Shown here one piece after another: positions 1-11,187 of a stretch of 64,000 bases of DNA; position 1 is the stretch's first letter; each line of letters begins with the position of its first letter. Below the pieces are notes generated by a model, which had not been told where the DNA came from, searched no databases, and saw only the letters and a program-made list of their open reading frames with translations. A program made the translations under genes and the position numbers. The stretch comes from Escherichia coli (lineage in GTDB: Bacteria; Pseudomonadota; Gammaproteobacteria; Enterobacterales; Enterobacteriaceae), in the NCBI RefSeq assembly GCF_024223415.1, contig NZ_CP100500.1. One strand, 5' to 3'.

Positions 1-497
1 CGGGTAGAGGCCAACAACGATACACCACAGCGTTAAGCGCACGACCACTTCTGGATAGTCGAGCATGGCGGGGAAGGTTTGCCCGTAAATAGCGACAATG
101 GCGACGGCGAAAAAGACCAGCCCCAACCGATGGGTGCGCATCAAAAACATGCAGCCCATCAGGATCGGTCCGGCGATGATCAATCGGATCAACGGTTCGC
201 CGTATGACCATTTGTAGATCAAAAACAGGCTGCCGATCTCCAGCACCGTGGCAACCACAAACAAGATCGCGACAAATTTGGTGTAAAACGCGTTCGACTG
301 AATACCGTAAAATAGCACTGCCAGCGATAACGCCACAAAAGGGATCTCAAAAGTCATCGAGATCAGAATCACCAGCAGGCAGCCTACCCAGAGTTGCACG
401 GTCTGCGGCACGCGACCTGGTCGCCGCTCGCTTAACTCTTCATGAAAGAACGCCAGCAGCCTGACCACCGGTAATGGCAGGGAGTTGAGCGCGCTCA
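1..497 (-). CDS. mdtO: Multidrug efflux pump inner-membrane component MdtO, N-terminal part (runs off window edge)
   Basis: Reverse strand from ATG at 495-497 reads MSALNSLPLPVVRLLAFF, matching recalled MdtO N-terminus; overlaps mdtN stop as in the mdtNOP operon. Not in ORF track because no stop in window. Confidence 0.8.
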
Positions 498-1529
498 TTA
501 TTGCGGCTCAAGATTAGCGACTGCCGAAGCGCCGATGCGGAACATTTCCGGGTCAGGTTTATCGACCATGATTTTGACCGGAAAACGCTGGGCAACGCGG
601 ACCCAGTTAATAGACCGTGACACTTTCGGCAGGCCGCCCAGCACCAGGCCGCCGTCATCCGGTAGCACGCCGTAGCCAATCGAATCCACTTTACCCTCGA
701 AGGTTTTGCCGCTGTCACTCATCAGGCGAATCGTTGCGGGTGTACCTGAGCGAATATTTTTCAGATCGGTTTCGCGGAAGTTGGCGATCACATACCAGTG
801 ACGAGTGTCGATTAGGGTAAAAATAGGGCGCATGGCAGAAGCAAATTGCCCGACGGAGGTTTTGAGGGAAATGACCCGGCCATCAAACGGTGCGCGAACG
901 GTCGCCATTTCCAGATGCAGTTTGGTCAGGGCAATATCCGCTTCGACCGCCGCACGTTGCGCCACCAGCGCATCGACGCCGCTGACGGCGCTGGCGGCTG
1001 ACTGCGCCTGTAACAATACGGCATTAAGATCCGCTTCTGCGGCGCGCTGCGCGGTCCTCGCACGGTCAACGTCTTCCGCTGAGACAAAACCCTCTTTCAG
1101 TAATGGCTCGGTGCGGCGTAATGTATCTGTGGCCTGTTTAGCGGCGGCACGGGCTTTTTCTACCGTGGCGTTAACCGAGTCGGCACCAAACTGTTGCGCG
1201 TCAACGCTACGCTGGGTGAGCATAATTTGCTTATCCAGTGCCGCGAGGGAGGCTTCAGCTTTCGCCAGATTGGCTTCGTACGGGCGCGGGTCAATGCGGA
1301 ACAGCAAATCGCCCTGTTTCACCGCCTGGTTGTCGGTGACCGCCAGTTCTACAATGCGGCCGCTGACTTCCGGCACCACATCAATGGTATCTGCTGACGC
1401 GTAAGCGTCATTAGTTGATGGCGCACTGTCTACGCGCCAGATAACGAAAACAAGGGCAACCAGCGCCAACGCAACCACTAACAGAGCAGGGAATTTACTG
1501 CGAGGAGCTTTTTTCGGCGTACTTTCCAT
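498..1529 (-). CDS. mdtN: Multidrug resistance membrane fusion protein MdtN (343 aa)
   Basis: 343-aa ORF; N-terminal TM helix then coiled-coil-rich HlyD-like body; matches recalled MdtN. Confidence 0.9.
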   Translation of the reverse strand: MESTPKKAPRSKFPALLVVALALVALVFVIWRVDSAPSTNDAYASADTIDVVPEVSGRIVELAVTDNQAVKQGDLLFRIDPRPYEANLAKAEASLAALDKQIMLTQRSVDAQQFGADSVNATVEKARAAAKQATDTLRRTEPLLKEGFVSAEDVDRARTAQRAAEADLNAVLLQAQSAASAVSGVDALVAQRAAVEADIALTKLHLEMATVRAPFDGRVISLKTSVGQFASAMRPIFTLIDTRHWYVIANFRETDLKNIRSGTPATIRLMSDSGKTFEGKVDSIGYGVLPDDGGLVLGGLPKVSRSINWVRVAQRFPVKIMVDKPDPEMFRIGASAVANLEPQ

Positions 1530-1547
1530 GAGCGCGTCTCAAATAGA

Positions 1548-1823
1548 TTAGAAAAATGCCAGCCAGAACAGCATGGCGTAGAGAGCAAAAAGGGCGGTAT
1601 AAATAATTCCGACAAATGCCAGATTGATATTTGCCCGCTGAATAATTCGCCTCGTGATGAGCGTCAAAATAAGGCTGGCAATGGCGCAGAAAAACCAGCT
1701 GGGATAATAAGCGCCGATCACCGGGATTGCCGGAGATAATGAGCATCCCGAAACCATGAAGACGGGAATTATCCAGGCTGTTTTTTTGAGTTGCATCGCC
1801 ATGCGAGAGAGAACTGTTGGCAT
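1548..1823 (-). CDS. ytcA: Small lipoprotein YtcA (91 aa from internal Met)
   Basis: ORF 1548..1871; recalled YtcA begins MPTVLSRMAMQLKK, with lipobox-like SGCS. Confidence 0.75.
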   Translation of the reverse strand: MPTVLSRMAMQLKKTAWIIPVFMVSGCSLSPAIPVIGAYYPSWFFCAIASLILTLITRRIIQRANINLAFVGIIYTALFALYAMLFWLAFF

Positions 1824-1994
1824 ATTAAATACATCCTGTCTGCTGCGAACAATATCTGTAGTGAATATCAATATCCATTGAAGGCGTCAGTATGGCTATT
1901 TTCTCGATGAATAAAAATAGCTTTATTCAGCCACCGCATTCATAACTTATATATTTTATTTATTAATTGGCTGTATATATTTTTAAAATAAATG

Positions 1995-2022
1995 CTTTTG
2001 GGGGCTTCAGGGCCCCCAAAAG
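1995..2022 (-). terminator. Rho-independent terminator downstream of yjcS
   Basis: Perfect inverted repeat cttttgggggc / gcccccaaaag with 6-nt loop, followed on the minus strand by a T-rich run. Confidence 0.55.
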
Positions 2023-2031
2023 CGAGTGACA

Positions 2032-4017
2032 TTAATTTGGGGTTACGATATTCACCCACAAATCGAAATTATCCAGACAGGCGATAATTTCTTCCAGTTT
2101 CGCGCCATTGCCAATAATTTTGGCTTTCTTCGCTTTTACCAGATCTGCCATTTTGGCTTGTCCGGTCAGCACGGCGTGCAGATCTTCACGGCTGATGTAG
2201 AAAGAGGCGTCGGCTTGCGGTTGCAGTGTTTTACGGTAGTTAAGCACGCTATCGTTCAGCGTCAGGTTGAGGTTATCGCCGTTGCTCATATTGAAGTTCA
2301 GGCTGATATTTTTACCCGCGGCTTTTTCGCTATCGAGGCGAACGGCCATAAAGTCGAACAGCATTTCGACCGACATTCCGCGAATGGTGTCCGGGGAACC
2401 GGTGGTGCCGTGGCTGAACTTATGCACCCCTTCGCGCAGCTCTTTCGCGCCGGTCAGGTAGAAACCGCGCCATGTGGCGGACTCGGCCTGATAGCCCAGC
2501 TGTTCAAAGTTATTCGCTTGCAGATTCTTCGCGACCTGGTCACCCGGGTTGGCGGCAATCACCTGTTTCAGTAGTTCTGCCGACCAGCGGTAATCACCTT
2601 GCTTGTTCGCTTCTTGCGCCAGGTTGATGACACGGGCAGAACCGCCCAGCGCCTGCACGTAACGTTTACCCATCTCCACCTGACCATACGGATGTAGGTT
2701 AGCCGGGTTACCGTCGTAATAGCCAAGATAGAAGTTATACACCGCGCGGGCGTTGTGGCTGACAGAACCGTAATAGCCGCGGCTGGCCCAGTTATTGGCA
2801 AGCGCAGGCGGCAGCTTAATCATGTCGCCGATTTCATTCATGGTGTAGCCCTGGTTCGCCAGGTGCAGGGTCTGGTCGTGAATGTACTTGATAGTATCGC
2901 GATATTTACCAATATAATCATTGATATGCTTATTGCCCCAGACCGGCCAGGTGTGCGGCATAAACAGTACTTCCGCGTCGTTACCCCACATATCCAGCGT
3001 TTCGTTCAGATACTCGGTCCACTTGCTGGTGTCACGGGTTTTCGCGCCGCGCAGAGTGTAGAAGTTGTGCAGGGTATGCGTGGCGTTTTCGGCGGTACAC
3101 AGGGCTTTCAGGGCCGGAATATAGAAGTGCATTTCGGCTGGTGCTTCGCTACCTGGGGTCATCAGGAAGTCAAACTCCAGGCCGTCGATAATCATCTTCT
3201 CGCCAGTTCTGACGATAGTTTTAGTCGGTGCAATAATGCTCGGGTCGCCCGTTGCCAGCGTCACGCCAAGGCCATTACCCACGTTGCCTTGCGCGTTGTG
3301 TGGCAGTAACAGACCGTAAGAGTAGAGCGCACGGCGGCTCATGATGTTACCCGCCAGCACGTTTTCGCTGATGGCTTCGTCCATAAAGCCAGCAGGGGCA
3401 ATCACCTGAACTTTGCCGGATTTAACATCGGCTTCAGAGATAATACCTTTCACGCCACCATAGTGGTCGGTGTGGCTGTGAGTGTAGATAACGGCAACAA
3501 TCGGTTTTTGCGGACGATGCTGGAAGTAAAGGTCAAGTGCGGCTTTTGCGGCAGGTGGCGTCACCAGCGGGTCGATAACAATAATGCCTTTCTCGCCCTC
3601 AACGAACGTAATGTTAGAGATATCCTGGCCGCGCACCTGATACATTTTATCGGTGACTTTGAACAGGCCAGAAATGCCGTTGATCTGCGACTGACGCCAC
3701 AGGCTGGGGTTTACGGTTTCCGGCGCTGCGGCATTAATATCAAATTTGTAATCGTCCGCGCGGTAGTAAACTTTACCGTTCGCATCACGCAGAATACCTT
3801 CATCCAGCAGCGGGGCGATAAATCCACGCTGGGCATCGTCAAAATCCTGACGATCGCTAAACGGTAATGATTTGGCGTAATTCTGATTAACCTGTTGGGT
3901 ATATTGAGTGGCGGCTTTCGCTTCCTCTTTCGCGTTAGCGGTATTTACCATCATGCCGCTGGCGGCAGTTAACGCAATAACAATCCTGCTCAAACGGAAT
4001 AACCGAGAGTTATTCAT
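2032..4017 (-). CDS. yjcS: Periplasmic alkyl/aryl-sulfatase, metallo-beta-lactamase fold (YjcS)
   Basis: ORF 2032..4029 (665 aa); signal peptide; HSHTDHYGG metal-binding motif; matches recalled YjcS. Alternative start at 4029. Confidence 0.88.
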   Translation of the reverse strand: MNNSRLFRLSRIVIALTAASGMMVNTANAKEEAKAATQYTQQVNQNYAKSLPFSDRQDFDDAQRGFIAPLLDEGILRDANGKVYYRADDYKFDINAAAPETVNPSLWRQSQINGISGLFKVTDKMYQVRGQDISNITFVEGEKGIIVIDPLVTPPAAKAALDLYFQHRPQKPIVAVIYTHSHTDHYGGVKGIISEADVKSGKVQVIAPAGFMDEAISENVLAGNIMSRRALYSYGLLLPHNAQGNVGNGLGVTLATGDPSIIAPTKTIVRTGEKMIIDGLEFDFLMTPGSEAPAEMHFYIPALKALCTAENATHTLHNFYTLRGAKTRDTSKWTEYLNETLDMWGNDAEVLFMPHTWPVWGNKHINDYIGKYRDTIKYIHDQTLHLANQGYTMNEIGDMIKLPPALANNWASRGYYGSVSHNARAVYNFYLGYYDGNPANLHPYGQVEMGKRYVQALGGSARVINLAQEANKQGDYRWSAELLKQVIAANPGDQVAKNLQANNFEQLGYQAESATWRGFYLTGAKELREGVHKFSHGTTGSPDTIRGMSVEMLFDFMAVRLDSEKAAGKNISLNFNMSNGDNLNLTLNDSVLNYRKTLQPQADASFYISREDLHAVLTGQAKMADLVKAKKAKIIGNGAKLEEIIACLDNFDLWVNIVTPN

Positions 4018-4307
4018 ATAAATCTCCATTTATCATTTATGTCGTAAATATGTAATCCATGCAAAATACGTCATTTAAAGCTGGCGTTATCATAATTGGG
4101 AAATTGCGACTTTAATAAGTGGAAGTGTGAGCGGAACGAACCATTTTATTAGGCATTTGTGCTGAAGATGGAAAAGTACGGCATATTTATTACTATCATC
4201 AATAATGTGACCTGACTTATATTTTTATTATTTATATTACTTTCAGCTTTCACTTCGACAAGAAGTACGCACAATGATTAATCAGATGAATGATGCGGAG
4301 TGTAACC

Positions 4308-5015
4308 ATGAAACCCGTCGTGCTGGTGGTGGATGATGACACGGCTATCTGCGCACTGTTGCAGGACGTGTTAAGTGAACATGTCTTTACGGTTTCAGTC
4401 TGCCATACCGGACAGGAGGCCATATTGCGTATTGAGGGCGATCCTGACATTGCGCTGGTGGTGCTGGATATGATGCTACCCGATACCAACGGCCTGAGGG
4501 TATTGCAGCAAATCCAGAAACTGCGTCCGACATTGCCGGTGGTGATGTTGACCGGCATGGGCAGTGAGTCTGATGTGGTGGTCGGGCTGGAAATGGGCGC
4601 GGATGATTACATCTGCAAACCGTTCACCCCGCGGGTGGTGGTCGCACGACTGAAAGCGGTGTTGCGACGGGTTGGTGCGCTGGCGGTTAATGACGAGAAA
4701 AGCGCCGGGCTGTCATTCAATGGCTGGTATCTCGATACCATGCGCTGCCAGTTGCACAATCCGCTTCAGCAACATGTCGAGTTAACTCAGGGCGAATATG
4801 GCTTGTTACTGGCTCTGGCGCAAAACGCGCGTCGGGTATTGAGCCGCGAGCAGTTGCTGGCGTTCACCCACAGCGACAGCGTGGAGGTGTTTGATCGCAC
4901 CATCGACGTATTAATCATGCGCTTACGACGCAAAATCGAACTCAACCCGCATCAGCCGATGTTGATTAAAACTCTGCGCGGTCTGGGGTATGTCTTCGCT
5001 GCCGACGTGCATTAA
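4308..5015 (+). CDS. OmpR/PhoB-family response regulator (receiver + winged-helix)
   Basis: ORF 4290..5015; GGAG 5-8 nt upstream of ATG 4308; receiver residues VVDDD, VLDMMLPD, CKPF; C-terminal winged helix (RTIDVLIMRLRRKIE, LRGLGYVF). Not a K-12 gene at this position. Confidence 0.85.
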   Translation: MKPVVLVVDDDTAICALLQDVLSEHVFTVSVCHTGQEAILRIEGDPDIALVVLDMMLPDTNGLRVLQQIQKLRPTLPVVMLTGMGSESDVVVGLEMGADDYICKPFTPRVVVARLKAVLRRVGALAVNDEKSAGLSFNGWYLDTMRCQLHNPLQQHVELTQGEYGLLLALAQNARRVLSREQLLAFTHSDSVEVFDRTIDVLIMRLRRKIELNPHQPMLIKTLRGLGYVFAADVH

Positions 5016-6013
5016 TCCGACATTTCTGTTTGCAGCTCTTCCAGCGTTTTCGCCCCGTCGATGGCATTGGCGCATAACAGGCTTGCCCGCGCGCAGGCGT
5101 GTGCCAGTTTGATGCTCTCGGTAAGCGTCCAGCGTTCATGGCAGCCATATAAAAATCCGGCACAAAATGCATCGCCCGCGCCGACGCTGCCGATAATTTC
5201 CCGTTGTTCTAACTTTTGCGAAGGGATCCACACGCCGCCCTGTTCTGGGGTCTCTCCCCACGCCCCTTCCGGGCAGTGGATCACCACCCGCTGGCGCACG
5301 CCCGCATCTAACAGTTCACGCGCGGCGGCAGCAATATGCGCGATATGCGGTTCGCCGTTGGGTAACCGAATTTCCAGCCCGCTAAACTCCCCGGCCTCCA
5401 GTTCGTTAATTACCAGATAATCCAGATGGCGCAACGCGGGCAGCACCAGTGGCTGATAACGCGGATCGCCCTTACGGGAGACCAGGTCGAGTGAGGTTTC
5501 AAAGCCAGTATCACGCATTTGCGCCAGCAGGCGTGCGCTACGGGTGCCGTAAACATCGTCCGGCATATCCAGGCTGTCGAGCAACAGTAAATAGCCGAGA
5601 TGGAAAATCTTCATGGTGTTATCGAGCTGATCGAACGCCGGAAGATCCAAAAGTCTGTTTGCACCCGGCGAATGGAAAAACGTCCGCTGCCCGCTTGGGT
5701 CTGTCATCACCTGCGACATCGACGTCGGGGCAAAGGTAGTGCGCTGCACATGCTGACGATTGACGTGATATTGCTCAAGCATCGCCATGATGTAATCGCC
5801 GTCGCTGTCCTGACCGATTAGCCCAACCGCCTGTAACGGCAGCCCGGTGCGCATTTTCGCCAGCGTCAGCAGGACGTTAAGCGGCGCACCGCCGGTGGAG
5901 CGTTCGCTGTGGGTGATCTCCGCCAGCCAGCCGCGCTCTGGCCACTGGATAATCTGATGGACGTGGTCAACCAACATATTGCCTGCGGCGATAATCCCTT
6001 TACGCTCCATCAT
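5012..6013 (-). CDS. PfkB/ribokinase-family sugar kinase
   Basis: 333-aa ORF; N-terminal glycine-rich GIIAAGNMLVDH and C-terminal GAGDAF anion-hole motif typical of the PfkB family; 4-bp overlap with upstream aldolase gene. Confidence 0.85.
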   Translation of the reverse strand: MMERKGIIAAGNMLVDHVHQIIQWPERGWLAEITHSERSTGGAPLNVLLTLAKMRTGLPLQAVGLIGQDSDGDYIMAMLEQYHVNRQHVQRTTFAPTSMSQVMTDPSGQRTFFHSPGANRLLDLPAFDQLDNTMKIFHLGYLLLLDSLDMPDDVYGTRSARLLAQMRDTGFETSLDLVSRKGDPRYQPLVLPALRHLDYLVINELEAGEFSGLEIRLPNGEPHIAHIAAAARELLDAGVRQRVVIHCPEGAWGETPEQGGVWIPSQKLEQREIIGSVGAGDAFCAGFLYGCHERWTLTESIKLAHACARASLLCANAIDGAKTLEELQTEMSD

Positions 6014-6870
6014 GCCTGCCCCGCACTGCCAAAAATACGCATCTGTTGTGCAACCGTATCGCTGATGGCGGCTTCCACTGCCAGCAGTAACTCGGCAAAC
6101 TCGTCATACATCGGCTGACGGTGCGCCATTCGGGCCTCAACGGCAGCCAGCGCCGCTTGCGACATGCCAGTGTAGAAATTGATTTTGTGGATACCCAGTT
6201 CGATGGCGCGGCGGAAATCGGCATCGCTAATCCCTGAGCCGCCGTGTAATACCAGCGGGATAGCAGCCTGCTGGCGGATAGCGTCGAGGCGCGGGAAATC
6301 GAGTTTCGGTTCGCCGCGATATTTGCCGTGTGCATTGCCAATCGCCACGGCCAACGCGTCAATGCCGGTACGGTCGACAAAATCACGCGCCAGTTGCGGA
6401 TCGGTAAACAGGGATTCATCGGCATGACCATAGAGTGCACCGCCTTCGTCGCCACCCACCGCGCCCAGTTCAGCTTCTACCGATACGCCAACGGCATGGC
6501 ACATTTTCACCACTTCCCGCGTCTGGCGGACATTTTCTTCATACCCCAGCGTGGAGCCATCAAACATTACCGAGCTGAATCCCAGCCGCAACGCTTGCAC
6601 CACCGATTCAAAATGCAGTCCGTGATCGAGATTTAACACCACCGGAATGGCATGACGCGCCGCTTCAAATTTCACTGTCTCGACCAGGGAATCCAGCGAG
6701 ATATATTTAAAATGTACTTCGGCAATGTTGATAATAAAGGGCGAACGTTCTTGTCTGGCAGCAGCAAACAAGGCGCGTAAAAAGTGCGAGTCCAGCACAT
6801 TAAACGCACCTAACGAATAGTGATGTTCGCGGGCATGTGCCAGCCCTTCAGCGAGATAAATCAATGGCAT
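6010..6870 (-). CDS. Class II ketose-bisphosphate aldolase family (GatY/KbaY/FbaA-like)
   Basis: 286-aa ORF; N-terminal region and metal-binding His pattern resemble class II tagatose/fructose-bisphosphate aldolases. Confidence 0.8.
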   Translation of the reverse strand: MPLIYLAEGLAHAREHHYSLGAFNVLDSHFLRALFAAARQERSPFIINIAEVHFKYISLDSLVETVKFEAARHAIPVVLNLDHGLHFESVVQALRLGFSSVMFDGSTLGYEENVRQTREVVKMCHAVGVSVEAELGAVGGDEGGALYGHADESLFTDPQLARDFVDRTGIDALAVAIGNAHGKYRGEPKLDFPRLDAIRQQAAIPLVLHGGSGISDADFRRAIELGIHKINFYTGMSQAALAAVEARMAHRQPMYDEFAELLLAVEAAISDTVAQQMRIFGSAGQA

Positions 6871-6884
6871 AACGTTATCCTTAT

Positions 6885-7568
6885 TCAGCGGAACTGGCGG
6901 TATTCGTTACACAATACCAACTGTGCAGGTTCGTCTTCGTCAATCAGGTTGTAGCGGTCCAGTGGCTGTAAAAAGTGGTTATCGTGGTCGTCGTCATTGA
7001 CAGAAGAGACTTCGCCAACCAGAACATCGCCAAAGCCGGTTTCCGCCCAAAAGCTGTGATACAGGCCGGGCGGCAGGCAGATACTTTCGCCGGGAGACAG
7101 GCGCAACTGAGTGCCTGCAGTATGTTTCTGGCGGCAGCCGTCTATCACCACCGTAACGTCACTATCAGCCGTTTGCTCGTTACTATCGGCATTCCACAGT
7201 TCAACAATTAAATTACCGCCGCCGCGATTGATAATGTCCTCACGCTTACGCCAGTGAAAATGCATTGGCGTGACCTGCGCATCGCGCACATGCATGATCT
7301 TCTCGGCGTAACATTTCACATACGGCATTCCTTTTGCTGAGCCGTTACGTAGGGTAAACAGCGTCAGCCCGTGTGCTGCAAAGTTGTTGCGACCAAAAGC
7401 GGTAACATCCCAGCCGAGTTTAAGATCAAAAACCTCCTCCCACGCGGCGGTGTCGAGCTGCTGCCATTGAGCAGGCGAGAAACTGGCAAAGGGCGGCAGA
7501 TGTACGTCATGTTGCGAAAAGAATTGCCGTGTATGGCCGAGAATGTCGTTTATAGCGGAGCGTTTCAT
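6885..7568 (-). CDS. Cupin-fold sugar isomerase, D-lyxose/D-mannose isomerase-like
   Basis: 227-aa ORF; resembles the structurally characterised D-lyxose isomerase of E. coli O157:H7 (Z5688), recalled from memory. Confidence 0.65.
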   Translation of the reverse strand: MKRSAINDILGHTRQFFSQHDVHLPPFASFSPAQWQQLDTAAWEEVFDLKLGWDVTAFGRNNFAAHGLTLFTLRNGSAKGMPYVKCYAEKIMHVRDAQVTPMHFHWRKREDIINRGGGNLIVELWNADSNEQTADSDVTVVIDGCRQKHTAGTQLRLSPGESICLPPGLYHSFWAETGFGDVLVGEVSSVNDDDHDNHFLQPLDRYNLIDEDEPAQLVLCNEYRQFR

Positions 7569-7622
7569 CGAAAGCGTTCTCCTTAGCGGTGACCGGGCAG
7601 CTGCGCCGCCCGGCGTGTGGAC

Positions 7623-8564
7623 TTATTTCACCGTCCAGCCTTTGTAATTGCCGACGTTGTTTTTATCGATCATCGTCACCGGGATCAGCACCGGCTCTTT
7701 CGGCGCAGGTTTGCCCTGCAAAATGTCGTAGCCAATTTCCACCGCTTTCGCTGCCATCACCTGGGGATCTTGCGCCGGAGTAGCGACAAACAACGAGTTC
7801 TCACGCTTGAGCGCCTCTTCGGCGTCCGGGCTTCCGTCCACACCGACAATAAAGAACTCGTTACGTTGCGCCTGTTTTGCTGCCAGATCGGCACCGATTG
7901 CGGTGGGATCGTTAATCGCAAATACGCCGTCGATCTTCGGATTTGCCGCCAGCAGTCCCGTCATTACCTCCAGCCCGCCTTCACGACTGCCTTTCGCGTT
8001 CTGGTTGTCAGAGAGCACTTTGATGTCAGGATGGCGTTTAAATTCAGTCTGGCATCCTTCGACGCGGTTTTGCACGGCGGATACCGGCGGGCCGTTGATG
8101 ATCACCACATTGCCTTTGCCTTTCAGGCGATCGGTGATGTATTTACAGGCCATTTCGCCCGCCTGGGTATTATCGGAGGTGATGGTGGCATCAGCACCTT
8201 CTGCCGCTACGTCAACCGCGACGACTACGATCCCGGCATCTTTCGCCCGTTTCACCGCCGGGCCGATCCCTTTTGAATCGGCAGCGTTGAGGATAATCAT
8301 ATCGACGTTAGCGGCGATAAAGTTGTCTATCTGCGACACCTGCTGACCCAGATCGTAGCCGCTGGAAACCAGCGTCACTTTGACGTTATCGCCTGCCAGT
8401 TTGCGTGCTTCCAGCTCCGCGCCTTTGGTGATCTGCACGAAGAACGGGTTCGCCAGATCGCCCACCGTTACGCCTATTGATTTCAGTTCTTTCGCTTGGG
8501 CGAACGGTGCTGCGGCCAGCAGTGCGCCTGCACAGAGCGCGGTCACTAAGGGCTTCAATCTCAT
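7623..8564 (-). CDS. Periplasmic sugar-binding protein of ABC transporter (RbsB-like)
   Basis: 313-aa ORF; cleavable signal peptide (…AAAPFAQA|KE); type I periplasmic binding protein fold signatures. Confidence 0.85.
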   Translation of the reverse strand: MRLKPLVTALCAGALLAAAPFAQAKELKSIGVTVGDLANPFFVQITKGAELEARKLAGDNVKVTLVSSGYDLGQQVSQIDNFIAANVDMIILNAADSKGIGPAVKRAKDAGIVVVAVDVAAEGADATITSDNTQAGEMACKYITDRLKGKGNVVIINGPPVSAVQNRVEGCQTEFKRHPDIKVLSDNQNAKGSREGGLEVMTGLLAANPKIDGVFAINDPTAIGADLAAKQAQRNEFFIVGVDGSPDAEEALKRENSLFVATPAQDPQVMAAKAVEIGYDILQGKPAPKEPVLIPVTMIDKNNVGNYKGWTVK

Positions 8565-8582
8565 GCTGTATTCCTCATGTGT

Positions 8583-9557
8583 TTATGCACTTTGATGGTG
8601 TCGGGTACGGTATTTGTCGATCAGCACCGCAATGATGATCACCGCCCCTTTGATCACCAGTTGCCAGAAGTAAGAGACGCCCATTAAGGTCATGCCATTG
8701 TTGAGCGTGGCGATAATTAGCGCGCCGACCAGCGTGCCGGTGATGGTGCCGATGCCGCCGACAAAACTGGTGCCGCCGAGGATCACCGCTGCAATGGCAT
8801 CCAGTTCGTAACCCATGCCTAAGTTGCCGTTGGCGCTGTACAGCCGTGAGGCGCTCATAATCCCGCCAAGCCCAGAAAGCAGGCCGCTCATGCCATAAAC
8901 AAACAGCAGCACCAGCCAGACCTTAATGCCGGTAAGACGCGCCGCCTGCATATTGCCGCCGACGGCGTAGATATGAACGCCAAGCGTGGTGCGGCGCAGA
9001 ATAAACCAGCACACCACGATCACCGCCAGCGCAATCACCACCAGCCATGGGACCGGCCCGAGATAGTTGTTGCCTATCCACTCGAAATTAATGTTGGAGT
9101 TGATAACCGTGGTGCCGTCCGCCAGCAGATACGCCGCCCCGCGCAGCGCCGTATAGGTGCCAAGCGTAACGATAAACGGTGGCAATCCGGCAAAGGCCAC
9201 CAGCGCGCCGTTGAACAGCCCCAGCAGCAGGCCGAGCATCAGCGCTGCCGGGATCGACAGCATGGCGAACTCAGGGCTAAGGGAGACGACCATCGCCGCC
9301 ACCGCTGTGGTGCCGAGGATCGAACCCACGGAAAGATCGATCCCGCCGGTCAAAATGATGAAGGTCATCCCCGCCGCCAGAACAATGTTGATCGATGCCT
9401 GGCGGGTAATATTCAGCAGGTTGCTTTCGGTAAAAAAGTTTGGCGCGATAAAGCCAAATACCGCCACGATCAGAATCAAAATGGGCAAGATGCCGACCGT
9501 TTGCATCAGATCGCTCATCAGCATTTTTTTGGCAGAGGTTTTTGCAGAGGTCGTCAT
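8583..9557 (-). CDS. ABC sugar transporter permease (RbsC-like)
   Basis: 324-aa highly hydrophobic ORF with multiple predicted TM helices; position between SBP and ATPase genes. Confidence 0.85.
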   Translation of the reverse strand: MTTSAKTSAKKMLMSDLMQTVGILPILILIVAVFGFIAPNFFTESNLLNITRQASINIVLAAGMTFIILTGGIDLSVGSILGTTAVAAMVVSLSPEFAMLSIPAALMLGLLLGLFNGALVAFAGLPPFIVTLGTYTALRGAAYLLADGTTVINSNINFEWIGNNYLGPVPWLVVIALAVIVVCWFILRRTTLGVHIYAVGGNMQAARLTGIKVWLVLLFVYGMSGLLSGLGGIMSASRLYSANGNLGMGYELDAIAAVILGGTSFVGGIGTITGTLVGALIIATLNNGMTLMGVSYFWQLVIKGAVIIIAVLIDKYRTRHHQSA

Positions 9558-11074
9558 GAGGTTACCGCCTGGGAATGGGCGTCGTTGACGCCAGTCGCTA
9601 AGGTCATAATGTTTTCCTGGGTGATGTTTTTGCCGTTTAACTCACCGGCAATGCTGCCTTCGCGCATCACATAGACGCGATCGCTCATTCCCACTATCTC
9701 CGGCAGTTCGCTGGAGATCATCAGGATCGCCACGCCCTTGCGCGCCATCTCGTTCATGATCCGGTAGATCTCACTTTTGGCGCCAACGTCCACGCCGCGG
9801 GTGGGTTCATCGAGCAGTAAAATGCGCGGGCCAATCGCCACCCAGCGGGAGATCAACAGTTTTTGCTGATTGCCGCCGGAAAGCCCGCCCGCGCGTACCT
9901 GGGCATGAGGCACGCGAATGTTGAGCAACTTAATGGCGTCATCGGAAATGGTTTGCGCTTTTTTGCGATTGAGCATTCCCCAGCGGGCATCGCGCTCCAG
10001 GGTTGCCATGGTGATGTTTTCGGCTGCTGCCATTTCAAGGAATAAGCCTTGTTCTTTGCGGTTTTCGGTGAGAAAACCAATGCCAAGATCGATGGCTTCG
10101 CGCGGGGAGTGGATCACCACCGGTTCACCATCGACTTCAATCATTCCGCCTGTCGCTTTCCGCACGCCGAAGATCAACTGCGCCAGTTCGGAACGTCCGG
10201 CACCTACCAGTCCGGCGAGGCCAACAATTTCGCCGGAACGCACCAGCAGGCTACTCGGCTGGACTTTGCCGCCGTCGGTCAGGTGGTGAACATTCAGGCG
10301 GGCTTTACCGAGCGGGATATCGCGCTCTTTATTGAACAGATCGCTCAGTGGCCTGCCGACCATCATCCGCACCAGCTCCCCGGCATTGAGGTTATCGCGG
10401 GTCAGGCTGCCAACGTATTGCCCGTCGCGCAGCACGCTGACGCGATCGGAAAGCTCATACACTTCCGCCATACGGTGGCTGATGTAGATAATCGCCATCC
10501 CTTCATCGCGCAGCCGCATAATCAGTTCAAACAGACGGTGAGTTTCACGGGAGGAGAGGGCAGCGGTGGGTTCGTCCATCACCAGAATGCGGCTGTTGCG
10601 ATGTAGTGCGCGGGCGATTTCGACCTGCTGTTGCTCGGCAATGGTCAGCGTCATGACCTTATCGCTGGCGTTAAACTGCGCGCCGAGGCGGTCGATCACT
10701 TTTTGCGCCTGCACTAGCATCTCTTTACGCTGCACCAGCCCGCCGTGGGAAAGCTCGCTGCCGAGAAAAATATTTTCTGCCACCGACAGATTCGGTGCCA
10801 GCTGCATCTCCTGATAAATCAGCGTAATACCGGCGCTTAAGGCATCTTTTGGCGTGCGAATGTGAAAGGGCTTGCCGTCTATGAGGATCTCGCCGCTGGT
10901 GGCGGTATACGCCCCCGCCAGCACCTTCATCAGCGTGCTTTTTCCCGCGCCGTTTTCCCCCATCAGGGCATGGATCTCGCCAGGGTAGACCGTCAAATCC
11001 ACCCCTTTGAGCGCATAAAATTTGCCGAAGGCTTTGGCAATATTGCGCATCTCCAGAACTGGCGTGCTGTTCAT
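9554..11074 (-). CDS. ABC sugar transporter ATPase with duplicated nucleotide-binding domains (RbsA-like)
   Basis: ORF 9554..11131; likely start [14 protein letters not shown] at 11074; two Walker A motifs ([18 protein letters not shown]) and two LSGG signature motifs. Confidence 0.85.
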   Translation of the reverse strand: MNSTPVLEMRNIAKAFGKFYALKGVDLTVYPGEIHALMGENGAGKSTLMKVLAGAYTATSGEILIDGKPFHIRTPKDALSAGITLIYQEMQLAPNLSVAENIFLGSELSHGGLVQRKEMLVQAQKVIDRLGAQFNASDKVMTLTIAEQQQVEIARALHRNSRILVMDEPTAALSSRETHRLFELIMRLRDEGMAIIYISHRMAEVYELSDRVSVLRDGQYVGSLTRDNLNAGELVRMMVGRPLSDLFNKERDIPLGKARLNVHHLTDGGKVQPSSLLVRSGEIVGLAGLVGAGRSELAQLIFGVRKATGGMIEVDGEPVVIHSPREAIDLGIGFLTENRKEQGLFLEMAAAENITMATLERDARWGMLNRKKAQTISDDAIKLLNIRVPHAQVRAGGLSGGNQQKLLISRWVAIGPRILLLDEPTRGVDVGAKSEIYRIMNEMARKGVAILMISSELPEIVGMSDRVYVMREGSIAGELNGKNITQENIMTLATGVNDAHSQAVTS

Positions 11075-11187
11075 GGTGGACTCCTGCGAGGTTGTCGATA
11101 TCAGCACTCCATCACAGGAAAGTAAATGCAAAATGTCAGAAGCCGTTCATATTTGTCATATTGCGATTTTTCTTCACGGAGCGTGAT

